64,000 nt of DNA, from assembly GCA_965645245.1 (NCBI GenBank), contig OZ287067.1:434001-498000 (forward strand), read 5' to 3'. The position numbers and the translations under genes were made by a program. The notes under the pieces were generated by a model. The model saw only the letters and a list, made by a program, of their open reading frames with translations. It made no database searches and was not told the DNA's origin. Every line of letters begins with the position of its first letter. Positions within the stretch are counted from its first letter, which is position 1. Below, in pieces: positions 37,209 through 51,226 of this stretch. Source of the DNA: Massalongia carnosa. Its lineage: Eukaryota.

Positions 37209-38317
37209 GACGTTCATAGCGGATTGTGGGGAGGTTGGAGAATTAGGAATTTTGAAGCTAACAACGGTTCACCTCTCTTGCACGCCAAATTCTAAGTTAC
37301 TACTCTACATCCTCGTTTATTATTTTTATTCGATTCGATTCGATTCGATGTTAAAACGGCCCCCTGTGTGTCTTTCTCCTACCTCCCAATCTTATCTCTC
37401 TTTTATCATCTTCTGATCTTCCGACCTAGGTATCCCATTTTTCACCCACACTCTCTCACATCCATCCCTCTTTTCGCCCTTTCTTTCTCCTTCTTCTTCT
37501 TCTCTTCTTCACGTTTTTTTTTTTTATAAAAAATCCGTTATCATCGTTCGGCTTTCATCATGAAAGATCCTTGTTTGTAGTAAAGAATGCTTGAATGAGA
37601 AAAGAGACTGTGTGTTTAAAGAGGAAGGTTTATTGGAGATGGGAAATTTTTTTTTTGAGACGCAGGGAAGATCTTTTGTGCGTGGGAATTGTTTTGATGG
37701 GGGGATCCCAGGGGGTAATGTAATGTACTGTAACTTGTCAACCTCCCAAACTAACTAAGAGGGAATTTCAACATAGAGCAAAAGATTACTTATCGTTATT
37801 TTAAAAAAGCCAACTAATTATGTAATATACTATTGTACACTCTCAAAATCAAAACTAGTTAATGAGTATCCTGGCAATAAATCCAAACCCTCTCCTTTTT
37901 CTCGTATCCTTCCCTACCCCCGTAACATCTTTCGCTCAAACTCTCTCTCAACCCTTCCCCCCTCCCTCCCTCACTAAAAAATGCAAAAATACTTCATCGC
38001 TCCACCCTGCCAGCATCGAAAGCGTCATGAAGCTCCACAACCCCCCCCCCCCTTCCCCTTTCAAGCTTTGATACTATGCATGTACTATCTAACTGCAGCG
38101 AGGCGGGCTCGAGAAGTTATCCTGCTCTGGCTTCATGGACGGGCTTGCGATGGGATGAAATTATTACTGGGCATTTTTCCCCCAATTGATTGTTGTGGAT
38201 CAAGTTTCTTTTATCCCTTAGGGAGAACTCTTTGCTTTACTGCTAAGCTAAGTATTTCGCAATCTCATCGGAGAGGGTTTGAGTCGAACCAAACCGTATG
38301 CAGGATGTAATATAATA

Positions 38318-40728
38318 CCGAATTATTTGGCAGAGAAGACCCTGGTCTTATAGGTCAATTGATCGGCCGAAGGTCATTTGGGACAGGGTTTTATGGGCTA
38401 TAGGGTCTTTTATATAGGGGGGTTTTTATGGGCGAGGGGGCATTAGTCAGCCCCTATAAGCACGTACTAAATTTGCATCGTGCACCCTGCTGAATTTCGT
38501 GCATTTTTTATCTACAAGAACAACGTTTTAGACTCAGTTCATCAGCAATTCATTCATAAACTTCTTGTTATTATGGCTCCTCCTCATACTCAGAATCTTC
38601 TGCAGGCTTCAAAACAGCCCCGTCCTGGGCCTGCTGTGAAGTCTTCAAGTCTTCATAGCATAAATCAGGCCCGAATTTCAAAGAACGTTTATATTCAGCC
38701 TTCCATGCCCACCGTACCAACCTCTTTTTCTGGCGATCAGGAGACTCAGCTTCTAGAACAGTTTCGTCTTCATCGCGAGGAGGAAGGTCACAATTTAATC
38801 GATAATGCTCCCGATGAGGAGGATAAGATGCGACGACGTATTTCCTACACCAGAGAGCAAAAATTAGCTGCTATTAGTTATGCAGAGACTACCTGGAAGC
38901 AGCAAAAGAATGGAGGTTTAAAACTCATCAGTAAATATGCTGCAGCGGCGAATCTCGGAATTACCACTGCTATGTTAAGATAGTGGATTAAAACGAAGAC
39001 GCATATTGAAACACTTTCTAAAGGTAGACGAAAAGAAAGTGGAGGAGGTTCCTGTCAAGATCCTGAGCTGGAAAAGAGTCTTTTGGAATTGTTTAAAGAA
39101 GCTCGATTAGCTGGACGTAAAATCAACAAACGTTGGTTTATTCGTCAAGGACGCAAGTTGTACGGCGAAATGTATCCTCATAGAGTGATCAAAGTCACCG
39201 ATAAGATGACTGAATATAGCGGGTTCAAATTCTCTGATGGCTGGTTTGATGGGTTTAAACGTCGAACTCATGTAGCTGTCAGAACTCCAACCAAAAAAGC
39301 TCAACAGGTAAATCATTCGTTGAAACGACACGAAACATTTTGACTAACCCGATTTGATGCATGCAAAAGTGCCAGAGAATTTTCGCGCTAATATTGAAAG
39401 CTGGTTGCAATTCAATCGTCGCAATTCTCAACCACTTTCACATCAGATTCCCTTGCATGGAGGAGGCAGATATCGACTTTGTGACATTGGCAACATGGAT
39501 CAAACTCCGATTGCGTACGAGTTTCTTCAGGGTCAGTGCTACGATTTCAAGGGAGCCAAAACGGTATGGGTGAAAACTCATCGATCTGGCTGGGACTACA
39601 GGCAAGCCACATTGATGATATATGTTTCTGCTGATGGCGTCAATCGCTGCAAACCCTTGCTCATTTTCAAAGGACAAGACGGGCCAATAAACAGTCGAAT
39701 CAGAAAAGAGATGACCATGTACGATTCGGGGGTAATTGTGCAGTGGAACGTGAAGGCCTACTGCAATGTGGAAGTCATGATTCGATGGCTAAAACAGCAA
39801 TACAAATACGCTACTGTGGGACTGCATGACACTAATACACGGCGATTTTTATCCTTAGATGTGTTTGCAGGTCAAAAAACGCAGGATGTAAATTGAATTC
39901 AATCATAGCTTCATTTAATTAACAAATTTGCAGGTCAAACAAGCCTTTCGTGATTTAAATATCACGGCTTCTTTTATTCCTTCCGGTTGCACCGGTTATG
40001 TGCAGGTTCTCGATGTTGCTATCAATAAACCTCTCAAGACTCGAATTTCCGAGCTGGCCGACATTCATTACGATGAAAATTTCGAGAGATGGAGCAAAGG
40101 ATCCTACACAGTAGGTGATCGACGGGTTATGCTAACAAAATGGGTGGGTCAAGCGTGGAGAGAACTGCATACAAAACACGCTTCTCTCATTCGTCAAACA
40201 TTTCGAAAGCTGGGGTTATCGCTCGCTGTTGACGGTTCAGAAGATGAAGAGTTGTCGATCAAAGACATACCAAACGTTCAGGTTGGTGATTGGGCGCTAT
40301 CTGTCAATCAGGAGGACATTCAGGAGGTACGAGAGTCTGAATCAGACGTGAATGAAACGATGAAGTCGGTAGAGGCTGAGAAGGTTGTCTCTGAAGACAT
40401 GGAAATGGAATATGTAATGGAGGATGAATTGGAAGATGACGTGAACGATCAGGAGGCTGTTTTTGATGTTGAAGTAACAGAACATGCAAGCGGTGATGAA
40501 TTGAGTAGAAGAGGGGATTAAATTTCCGGTTCAATTGATTTCTAAGAAAGGATACATAAGCTTTAATGACGTTTACATATAAATTTATGTATCTTTTCTT
40601 TCAATTCAAAAGGACCTGGTTTTATGGCCCAACCCCCCCTTATGGTCAAAAATCAGCCAATCAGAACAGGGTTTTATGGGCAAAGGGGTCTTATACTGCA
40701 GGGGGGTTTTATATGCCAAATAATTCGG
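38318..40728 (+). mobile_element. pogo-like (Tc1/mariner superfamily) DNA transposon, 2411 bp, TA target-site duplication
   Basis: TA|CCGAATTATTTGGCA ... TGCCAAATAATTCGG|TA. Subterminal ggttttatgg motifs at both ends. Confidence 0.92.
38573..40521 (+). pseudogene. pogo-type transposase (HTH/CENP-B + DDE_1), two introns, one premature stop
   Basis: SYTREQKLAAI; FSDGWFDGFKRR; IGNMDQTP; FLSLDVF; IPSGCTGYVQVLDVAINKPLK. TAG at 38981. Confidence 0.9.
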
Positions 40729-40991
40729 TAGTTAAATAGGTACGTGTTTTATGCTTCTTGGATCAATGGGATAACTGTTTCATAATTCATTCGGTTAACG
40801 AAAGGATAGCACCTAACCAACCCCCTCCCCCCTTTAAATAAATTATGTCTGCTATAGGCTTCCCACCCTTGAGGATATTTGCAACCCAATAAGATCTCAC
40901 CCTACCTAAAAAACACATTTCCGTATTCCCTATCTCAATTATCAGATCTTTCCGCCCTGTTTCGTTCTTTCTGCTTGGCCTCAAGATTCTC

Positions 40992-41346
40992 TCAGATGTT
41001 CATGCCCTCATTCAACTTAGTCCGAACTTCTTCAGCGGTCCAGCCTGCACCTTTCGGGACTAAGACATGGCTCACAGTTCGAGGGGCGTATTTTTTAAGC
41101 GTGCTGATTGTGGTTTCCTTATTGATTTGGATCTGGAGGTTGTGCTCTGCGGACTTGGTTGTCATCTACACGAGTATTAACTAACTCGTCTTATGATCTA
41201 TCGAGTTGGTTCTGCCTGACGCCTTGCATGTCGAGTCGAAAGTCACTATCTTTGTAGATTGTTCCGGCACTCTCAGGCAAGCTAGTCAGCTTGTCGTCTG
41301 GAATGCTGTCGATGAAAGCTGCAAGCGCTTTGGAGGCTCTTGCCAT
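40992..41346 (-). CDS. Small uncharacterised protein, 99 aa, 2 exons (not in ORF track)
   Basis: Exon 41346-41221, 55-nt GT-AG intron, exon 41165-40992: MARASKALAAFIDSIPDDKLTSLPESAGTIYKDSDFRLDMQGMTTKSAEHNLQIQINKETTISTLKKYAPRTVSHVLVPKGAGWTAEEVRTKLNEGMNI*. Confidence 0.75.
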
Positions 41347-41964
41347 GTTTTTTTTCGAGGGGTTCTCGCACTTGAGACCTTTGGGTTATTCACTCCAACA
41401 CGCAATGACGACGAGATGATCGCTAACCTTGATCGAGTGATAGATTTTGAGTATTAAACACGACTGGAGCAGTAGATGTGATGGATTCGGTAGTAGTGGT
41501 AGAAAGATTGGTTAGTGACTTGTTAGTGACGGGCACTGGAGCTTAGAATATAAGTAGGGTGAATATCTCAAGGACGGGGAGCACCATCACCAACACCAGT
41601 AGAGTGTTGCAATGACGAAAGCCATCAAACTAGGCTGACCAAGGCAATGTACAAAGCCTCCCATGTGAGTTCACTTTCCCTAAAGGGAAGCAAGTGCAGC
41701 AGAAAGCTGAGCTTTGCGTCTAATGTTGTCAATAGCTTAAGCCCTTCACACATAGGGAAATTTGTGCGAAGAGAATGGATCTCGTGTCGATTTTTGAATG
41801 GGCCTCGTCGCCTCTTGTATCACATGCCTATTTAGTCCCTCCGTTCGTGCATATTCTGCCCAGCATCTGCGATAATCTTTCCGTGTCGGGTCTGTTTTCA
41901 TAGTTTTGTCTATTAGCTGTGCTGGAATACGTTGTTGTTGGAGGGGCTTCTATACGTACGAGTA

Positions 41965-43293
41965 CCTTGTCACCTTGTCACGCTGACAAAATAACCGGGA
42001 ATCGGCCAAAAATTTACCCCACCAAAAACCATCCCTTTCTGCATTGCTACGTACAATCAAAAACCAGTCATTTTACCCTCACCGTCAATGACCGCTTTTA
42101 GCCTTTCTGGCATGCTAGCTACTTTTTCATCTATAAATGAATGAGACACGTGCTCCCACCCCTCATAAATCAAGCTCTTGGTGGTCACGTCGTCCCAACG
42201 AGGATACTTGTAGAGCTCCTGTTTGACGGGCTGCCAGCAATTTTCAATGGGGGATAAATCGGGAGATGAGGCACAATTGAAATAATGCTCTAGTCCATTC
42301 TTCTCCTTTCACGTACGAACGACGTTTGATTTGCCTGGTCCATCACCTGAGTCTCCATCTTCTTCCAACACGAAACTCTGACCATTATCAAGCCATGGCT
42401 TGACGACGGGCTCAAGAATTTGATCAATGTATGCCTTCTGACTTATTTTTCCATTGATATTGCCAGCCACATCGTAGAAATGTATGTATGATTTGAAACT
42501 ACTCCCGACGGCTGCCCAGCAATGATGACGCTTTTTATCCTTCTCATTTGGCATGTGCTCCTCTTGAATGCAATCTTGACAGTATCGTTGACCCGGTTTT
42601 CGAGTGATGCGAAGTTTACTTTGTGGGCCTCAACCAAAGTGCACCTCATCACTAAATCGTACACGATTCCAATCCTCTGAATTAGGATATCTGGTCAACA
42701 TGAATTCTGACCATTCAACTCTTTTAGCAGCAGTTTTGAGGTTGACCCAGCCCTTCTTGCAAGACACGCATTTATGATAATCCATTGTCCCCATAGCTCT
42801 TTGCACCGTACGACCACTACAATCCAATCCTACTTCGTAGCTCAATTGTTGCCAAGTCAGGGAGCGAGCTTCAATTCCTTCTTCTTCTAGAATACGTCCC
42901 ATCTCCCGAATTTTGACGGAAGAAATAAGCTGTTTTCTTCCTCGAGTTTCTTCTTCATCAGGATTATGATGAAATTGACGAGAAGAAGAAGAATAAGATT
43001 TATTTCGAAGCATCTCATAGCCACGCGTTGTACTAACGTTGAATGTTTGGAAAACGTCCTGTTTTCTGTAGGGAGTAGGATAAATTCATTCGCTTAGCGA
43101 AATGAACGGCACTTCGAACTGCAGCTTTGGTAGGAGTAGAATAATGAGCTTTAGCAGCCCGGAGCTCCAAGTTAGGGGTGGTAGGGCGTTGTGAAGCCAT
43201 AATGTTGAGATGTTGAATGGTAAATAGGGGGGAGAATTTGGTGGGGTAAATTTTTGGCCGATTCCCGGTTATTTTGTCAGCCGCGTGACATTG
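41965..43293 (-). mobile_element. Tc1-like DNA transposon with ~50-bp TIRs and a disrupted transposase
   Basis: gctgacaaaataaccgggaatcggccaaaaatttaccccaccaaa occurs inverted at both ends. TA at 41963-64 and 43294-95. Transposase fragments VRFSDEVHFG, LEEDGDSG and SSPDLSPIENCW, with frameshifts and a stop. Confidence 0.9.
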
Positions 43294-43533
43294 TACGGAT
43301 GCGTCCAATTCACCCATACACGTGACTAGCTCTTTCTTACCATTGTGCATAGTAAAAAGATGTCGCGTCCGCAAGAGTCCCTAAAGATATTACATACATT
43401 TTACATACAAAATCAGCTTCAAATATCATAGTAGAATATATTCACCACCATCTACCTTATTTTGAGTCTATCAACGGCATCAGTTGCGGAAGACTGTGAC
43501 GCTGTGGAACCAGACTCACCTCTATCTACAACT

Positions 43534-44516
43534 ATGGCAGAAAGATTTCCCTCGCTAGAAGAATTTGCATCCGGTATGTTGGTCCATCGTGCAGAGCTAT
43601 CGACAGCTCTGAAAAGCATAAAACTGAGAACAGCAATGGCTATGACTAGGCCAAACTGAATCTGCAAACAAAAACCCCAGCAGCGATTACGCTGCCAACT
43701 TGGATGACGACTTCCTCGCTCGAGAACGTGCAATTCTCGGGGACGACGCTGCTCAATTTGCCTCTGCGAGCCACAACAAAGCCATAGCAACTATAGAATC
43801 GGACGAAGAAGATTTGTTAGGCGGCGGAGGGAGCTATAGCGGGGGACACACTGGTGGCCAGGATCTCACGGAGTTCGAAAGCTCTTTTCCTACAATAGAC
43901 ACCAGTAATGAGGTTGGACCACTTCTTTAAAGAAGCCCCAATCTTCAAATCTAACCTTCTCCTAGGGTGTGGCTCCTGGCGGCACCATCACTGGCTCTAA
44001 CTCAATAACACAATCGGGCCGATCAGACTCAAACTACCATGCAGACCACAAAGGCAAAGGAGAAGAGTCGGAACCAATGAAGTAAGACCGCCGCCCCCTC
44101 CCCCTCCTCCTCAAAAACCACCAAATACCTCCTACCCTCCTCCTAACCAACCCCACTCCAACAGACAATGGCGCATCCGCCGCGACGCCGATATCGCCCG
44201 CCGCGCCGAGATCTCAGCCGAGAAAAAACGAGCCACTCTCGCCGCCGCCCGACAATGGACCGACGAGTTCTATGAAAACTACAACCGCAAAAAAGACCGA
44301 TCCATCGCTAAGACCCGCAAGGAGGCCGAAGAGTACCTGGCAAGCCGTGAGGACACGGCCGCCGGCGGCACCAGCTGGGAGCGTATCGCCCGACTGGTCG
44401 ATTTGAGCGGGAAGGGCGCCAAGGGCGGTGCGGCAGGCACGGGGAAGGAAAAGTTCCGGGAGATGTTGTTGGCATTTAAGGGGGATGAAAAGGCTCCAGG
44501 GGCAGGGGGATATTAG
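43534..44516 (+). CDS. CLC1: Clathrin light chain, 4 exons
   Basis: MAERFPSLEEF; DDDFLARERAILGDDA; EFESSFP; TSWERIARLVDLSGKG..KEKFREMLL..KAPGAGGY*. Canonical introns. Confidence 0.92.
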
Positions 44517-44869
44517 AAGTGGTTGGAAGCGACTGTTGGGAGTTGGGGGGGGGGGGGACATATGTACATTAGATCATGGGCGTTTGTCATGTCATGGAAG
44601 GAGGACTGTCTGTAGTATGAACCTCTTCCGCTTCCCCTTCCCCCTCTTCCTCCAACCAGGCACTGTCAAAAGGGGGAGGGCAAAGCGGGGGGGATCCGTT
44701 TAGATACCAACCCTTTTTTCAGCAAAAACCTAAAAGTAACATTGCATGATTACGCTCTGCTCCAGGATCCTAGGCATGTACCTACCTTGCTAACCTCCAC
44801 CATCCCGTTCCTGTCCATCTCCCCCCTTTCTCTTCCACCACCATGTCCCCCACGCTCTCCCATTTCCCG

Positions 44870-46562
44870 CTAGTCCGGGTCTGCAACCTGGATTTCCTTG
44901 CCTTTATCCCCTTTGACCGCCTTTCCCGCCCTATTCTCTTCCACAATTTCGTCCCCCTCCTCCCCATCCTCCTCCGCAAACCTCTGCCCTTCCTCGTCTC
45001 CCTCTTTCCCTTCCCGCGCCTCCTTCTCCAACGCCCTCAGACGCTCCCTTCCCTCCTCCGTACCCCCATCAATAACCCCCTCTTCCAAACTCAACATGCC
45101 CCCCTCGCCCAACTGCGCGACTACCTCTTCCGCCTCCTCGACGCTCATCTTGCCCAGAACGGCGTTCACGCGGTCCAGCTCGCCGCTCTCGAGCGCGCGC
45201 TGCAGACCTGGGGGGAAGCGCTCGAAGACCTCACGAGCGGCTTGCTCGACAGGCTCCGCACTGCCGGCTTGCGGGATGTTGATGTGGATCTTGGTGGTGG
45301 GGTCGACGGCGTGGAGTTGGATTTGCTCTGTTGCGGGCGGGGAGCTCGGGCGGGCGAGGAGCTCGGCGGCGCGGGACTTGATGCGGGCCGTGGTTGTGTT
45401 AACGTCTTCGAGGAAGATAGTTTGGGCTTGGTGGTTGGGGGTTGTGATTCTGGAGGTTGATTGAGTGGTTAGCGAAAATGATAGCGGAAAGGGGAAGGGA
45501 AGCAAGGGTGATGACTGAGTAGTTGACTTACCGCTTGAAGAAGACATCGACGCCGTTGCGGCCGAGGGTACGGCAATACTGAAGAAGGAGGGCTTGATGT
45601 ACGCATTGTTTCGCGTAGGCTTCCTTACCGTCCATTTGTGCATTGAATGCTTCGACTAGCAATCCATCCGTCTCACGCTCGGCGACGACGTCATGATGTT
45701 CCGAGATAAATTTGCGGCAGGCGTTGTAGTCACCTTTTTTGATCTTGGCAAATTCTCGGCCCAAAGTTGTCGGTTCGATGTGCTCCTCCTCCTCATTATC
45801 ATCGGCGGCGGGTTCTTGCAGTGCGGACAGAGGCTCGTCGATGTCGGCGTCTGCGCCCGAGGACTGGACGCTGTCTGTGCGGGAGATGTTCTTTTTAATA
45901 GAGCCAGGGTTAAGCACTTCGACTGTTTCAGCATTCGGCTTCGATGTAGACTTGGGCTTGGGCTTGGGCTTCTCCTTTGTAACCGAAGAGGTGTTGAAGC
46001 CGGTATGTATGCTATCGCTCGTGATTTTCCGGCCTTCCTCCCTCTCTAGCTCCATCAGTTTTTGCTCGAGCTCCTGTTGTAAATCAGTCACCTTCCTCTG
46101 ATGGCCCTCGACGCCTTTGATATAGCTATGGCGCCAGTCCCCACCGGAACCGGACTCATCGATTTCCTTCTTCACCTGATCCACCAGACTTCCCATCATC
46201 TGCGAGTACCGCGGCTGCTCGCTCTTCGAATGCACGCCTTCCGGCGGCTTGGGCGGCTCGTCCTGCGCGGGATCGCCCGCCGCCTCCATGAGGGCTTGCA
46301 TCATGCATTCATCCGGGTTCCTGGCCTGGGACTCAAGGCTGTGCAGGGCTGCGAGGAGGCCATCAATACGCTGCAGAAGACCCGCATTGATGATTCGCTC
46401 GTACTTTAGAGTTTCGATATGGTGGCGCCGCTCATATCGTTGCTGGTGGATTTGATTTTGCTTGGCTCGGATGAAGGAGCGTTTGTCGACGTTGGGGTGG
46501 ACTTCGATGTCTGAGTCGTCGGAAAGCTCGAGTGCGTCCCATTTACTATAATCAAGGACCAT
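44870..46562 (-). CDS. CDC37: Hsp90 co-chaperone Cdc37, 2 exons
   Basis: MVLDYSKWDALELSDDSDIEVHPNVDKRSFIR; QCVHQALLLQYC; intron at ~45530-45453; IQLHAVDP..FERFPPGLQRALESGELDRVNAVLGKM. Confidence 0.96.
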
Positions 46563-46849
46563 TCTGAAGGAAAGGTATATATACTTAACGGATAGAGGTT
46601 GGTTCACTTGCTGTGTTCTGTATACAAGACATATCACTGAATCTTGGTCTTGGAAAACCGTTCGTCGTGGTTGTTTCGTCTACCGTCCGGAGTCCTAATC
46701 CCGTGATCATCAACGTCATATATGAATATCATCGCAGCGATTTACTCCATGGGTTTTCAATAACGTTACAAATTAAGGATATTCCTCAAAAGCGTTTTCG
46801 TGTTAGTGAGAAACGATCGAGAGAAGATGAAATTAATTAAACTGAAAGC

Positions 46850-48668
46850 ACCGCTCCGCCTGGATTGATTCTAAAATAGCTTAATTCAACTGTTTCTCCC
46901 GCCTGATCTTCTAACCCCATCTAAAAGAAGGTTCTTGAACAAATCCTTGTCGACCAATGCTAGGTCCGAGGAAACAGCAAGCTCCGAAAGGAGCAGATCC
47001 GCCCAAAGCTCCTTGCGTATCCCGAGGTCCAGACTTGGGACGTTGAGGAAGTCTACTGCCATGCTGGAAAAAAGGGGGCGATCTACTTCAACTTGTCCCC
47101 GGCGTCTATGTCAAATCGACGATGATCTATATGTACATTCACGCCCCTCAAATTTTAAACAACGCCCTTGGTCCTGCAGAGAAGATGATGTGTCCAGGAC
47201 ATTCTAAGCTGGTCGCCGAGATGCCAATCGATGGTAGTGAAATCCTCTTTTTGATATTTTTCGAAATAATGATCGCGTCGCACCTGAATGTTATCATACC
47301 GATCGTGGTGAATTGCATATCTCTCCTAACCTTCTTCTAGCAAATTATTGTCTAAAATATATTCTCATGGGCGATACTAGAAACCGTCTATTTCTTCCTC
47401 AACATTAACGAAGCTCAAGTTTTGGTTGTTTTGAAACCAATTCGGCATATTTCTCGAGTGTGGAACTCGCTGGAGATCAGAGCTGAAGGAGATGATAATC
47501 AGCTTTAAGCGCTGGAAAGAACCTCCAAGGGTTGAAGGAAGGTTAGAAGACCCCAAATGACTTTACGCATACGGCAAAGCTCCAATGCTGTGAGCTTACG
47601 GCTGACATGCTTTGATCAATTGGTCCCGAAGCTTCTGAAATACTCCTTGACGACGCGGAATGAATAAAAGTCTAAGCCATCGAGTAGGACCAGCTCAAGT
47701 TCTTGTAGCTAGGGAGCTAAGCCAATCAGAATAGACAATTGCATGGTGTCAGCCACCACATCACTATGGTCTTTAGTCGTCCTCTTGTAATGCAGTTGAA
47801 CATCAATGATCCCAAGATGTTGAATATACTTTGGCATTGTGCAAGAATTTTGGTTCCACCGGATTTGGTCGATCTGCATGTATCATCCACATGAAGGTTC
47901 GTCTAAGATGCTCGCATAAAGATGTGCTCAGAAGGCCTGAAGAGTGTTTTTGAGTCCTGTGTCGATGCTCTGGAGAAAGCTGGTGAAACCGATTGATCGG
48001 ATATTTGAATATTATCGGTAAATTAATTTAAGCAGATCCATGTTTATAGAGTTGTAGACAGCAAACATTCAGGCTAGGTGTCCATATCCCTCAAGAATAT
48101 TTTTGGTCAAGGCTTCGAATGCTGGATGATTCAATATCATAGCACAATATATCCGATATTTATTATTAGTATCGTCCCCTGCTATTCCCTCAATGCCCGA
48201 AATTCCTCCCACGTAAGCAAAGCCTAGTTGACCAATGAATTTATTACAGGAGAAGCGTAAGTCTGGGACAGCTTCCATAAGCCCACGTTGATCAAGCATG
48301 AAAGGAAATCCTCTAAGAGTGCTGCCGGTACTGTAAAAAGTAGTAGAACACAATCGTCGAAAGTGAGTTTTTTCCATGTTTAGCCGACAATCTCTGGTCT
48401 GATGAAAGTTCTCAAAATTGGCCAATTTTTCCATGGATAGGCGAGATCAAAGTCAACTCTATGCTGCAACGATGAAGGCAAAAAGCAATACCACAGGCAA
48501 GAACAGGCCCGGATCGACGCAAGCGGTCAGAAAAACCAGCGTACCATCGACTATTGCCATTTTTCGCTGACGAAATGACGCATCCGGAGAAAATGTGTAA
48601 CCATCCTCTAGCAGAAAAGCTCTCACATCAGCGACCATAGTACTGAAGTCAAACAGCGCCTTTTTCAT
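46850..48668 (-). pseudogene. Heavily degraded gene of unknown function
   Basis: Same-strand ORF fragments (48459-48668, 48069-48434) followed by coding-like sequence with many stops. Boundaries are approximate. Confidence 0.3.
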
Positions 48669-48869
48669 TAAGTTTCATCTGCGCTCGGGTCTTGCTGTGG
48701 CAAGCGACTGCTTGATCTATTAGATAAAAATGTTCCCTAGATTCATCAAGCCGCGAGGGTGTATATATGAGATACGAACTACTCACTACTTTGACTGAGA
48801 TCCAAAGATCGAATCACCAATACCCTCACCCATTAAACCACTTTCCATGTTTAATGTTCTCGGCCGATA

Positions 48870-49598
48870 TCACGTTCGCAGCCTCAGAACCTCACACCAT
48901 TGTCTTACACTCCCGTCTCCCTTCGCCAGCCCAGCAACCTGCAGAACTTCCCTGGCCCCCTTAACTCCCATCCCCTCCCAAAACGCTCTGATCATGACCT
49001 CTGCTTCTTCCCAATCTCCTTCTTCCCCGCCCCGCCACTCCACCTCGACAACGACTCCCTTGATTATCTGGGAGCTCCCAGATCCCTGCCTTACTTCCGC
49101 CACGCGGACGCAATACTCGCCAACTTCGAACGCAAGCCCACTCATCACACCTAGTGCTTTCCGTGGCGTCCAAATAGGCCCAAACTTGGAGCTTATGAGC
49201 TGCACGAAGCCTTCGCTCTCTGCGCCCGGTGGTATTGAAGCTATTGTAGCTGGCTCGCTACTGCTCTCGGCGCCATTCTGAGATGAAGCGGGCGTGCCCA
49301 CCCGGGTCTGGGATGCGGCATTTGTTCTTGTAATAGCCACATAGCTACGGCCAGGGTGATGGGAGAGTGCAAGGACTTGAAGGTAGCGATAGCCTTGTTC
49401 AGGCCTAGTGACTGACCGGAAGAGGCGATGTTCGATGGTCCATCGTGAAAGAGGAGTGATTTTGTACATAGTAGTGAGGCAGGTAAGAATGTTCGCAAGT
49501 GGTGAAGTCTCGCCGGAGGCAGGGACAAAGTAAAGACTATAACTAGGATCAGCTACGAACCTAGGGGGTATTGAAGGAGCTCACCCGGTAAGAGGCAT
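48870..49598 (-). CDS. MED20: Mediator complex subunit 20 (Med20/Srb2), 2 exons
   Basis: Micro-exon MPLTG + intron; WTIEHRLFR; SKFGPIWTPRKALGV..AFEVGEYCVRVAEVRQ..KGVVVEVEW; VRQWCEVLR. Confidence 0.85.
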
Positions 49599-51226
49599 TG
49601 CGTCCCAATAAATATAGTATTAATCGTGCCTTATATTTATACGTTGAGGTTTGAGGGAAGAAGTTCACTAAGCCGAAAACAAGTAAGGAGGAGAAAGAAA
49701 ATGTAAAAGCGGATTCAAGAATTAGAATAGTAACTTGTAGAAATGAGAAGGTTTGAAATAAGTAGAGAGTGCGCTCTCTCGAACATATACTCCATTCTAG
49801 CTACCTACATGATTCACATGTGAATTCAAAATACTTCACATGTGCAATCATGTGCATCAATCAATACTAAAAGATTAAAGGTCGGTAGTTACTAGGGTTT
49901 TATAATACAATCACGTGAAGACGAGCAAAACGCTTAGTTACCATATGGCTTGAGTCCTTCCCGTCCATAACCCAAAAACCTCCTCCTGTTCTGAAGCCTA
50001 TTGGAAATACAGATCAGCAAAGGAATCGGAGGCAACTGGCTTCATTGACTATTCTCCATTGGCCGTTTAGTTTCCCTCACCGGTCACTTCTTCAAAATTA
50101 TATACTTCATCGACCGCTCTCCTTTCATCTGTCTCTCACTCTCAAATCCCTGCCATTGATATATTTTTCTTCTTCTCCTTCCTCTTGACGGAGCACTTCT
50201 CCGCAGAACCATTCCCCATAGGCGGATTCTATCAGTCTCCATCCTTTGTCTCCGTCCTTTAAAAAGCACTCTTCCGCCCGACACTTCGAATAAACTAGAG
50301 GAGAAATCTGGGTTGTTGGGTTCCTGTTCTATATGGGAAACAGGAGGTGGGGACGGGGAAACCAAAAATAAACATTTCATGTGGATGAAACATAATCCCT
50401 TCCTGGTAGAAGATCAAGTGGCGCAGAGTAAGTTCTGGAGAGAATAAATATTGGATTATAGTCCCAATTTTCAGGGTTTAGACTGGATCGGGAATTAAAA
50501 GGACAGGCGGGTCATCTGCGATTGTTGGGAAACTTGTTGTACAAAGGTGAAATGGATGGCTTCTTGTTTCGACGTGGTCTTTTTTTTCTTTAATGTAATG
50601 CAGCGGACAAATGCAAAGGAAGGGAAAAGTCTTAAATAATAGAAACAGAAAGAAAGCGTAGCAGTTCTTATGGTCACAAGAGCCCATCGTTCGATCCTGC
50701 TGCGAGCGAGCGAATAACTTTCCGTCGATTCCCCGTTGGCAAATATGTTATGCCGCGCCACCAACCTCTGTACTTAACTAATTTTTACGTTAGGTAAAGA
50801 GTTCTAAATAGTCATTAACGAACGGACGATAAGCCAAATTCGAGAGAATTCTAAGATTAAGTAATGAAACAATGAAATTGATTCATGCATTGTAGAGGGA
50901 AGCGAATGTACAGAGATAGGGTCAGACAATTGGTTTATTTCAAGAGTGAAGCTACAAATGGAATCAAGAGACCGTTCGAAGGCGTCAAGAGACAATGAGG
51001 CTTGATGTCACAGTCTTGTTCATGGTTTTAGAGGACAGAGTAGGCGAAATGACTGTGCAAATGGCAAAGTAACAAGATAATATTGTAACTAGACTGCCTA
51101 GATTAACGCCCTTATGCAGATATTCGTGCGGAGCACGCCGAAAAGCACACAAAATTAATAGCAGCAGCAGCGGAAAATAATCAGGAAAAGCCAAACAGCC
51201 GATCAGTTAATACAAACTGCATGGAA

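Noticed and set aside
44843..46455. Long plus-strand ORFs opposite CDC37 (and similar antisense ORFs over MED20 and the GH47 gene)
   Set aside because: These are antisense shadows of GC-rich coding sequence with no recognisable motifs.
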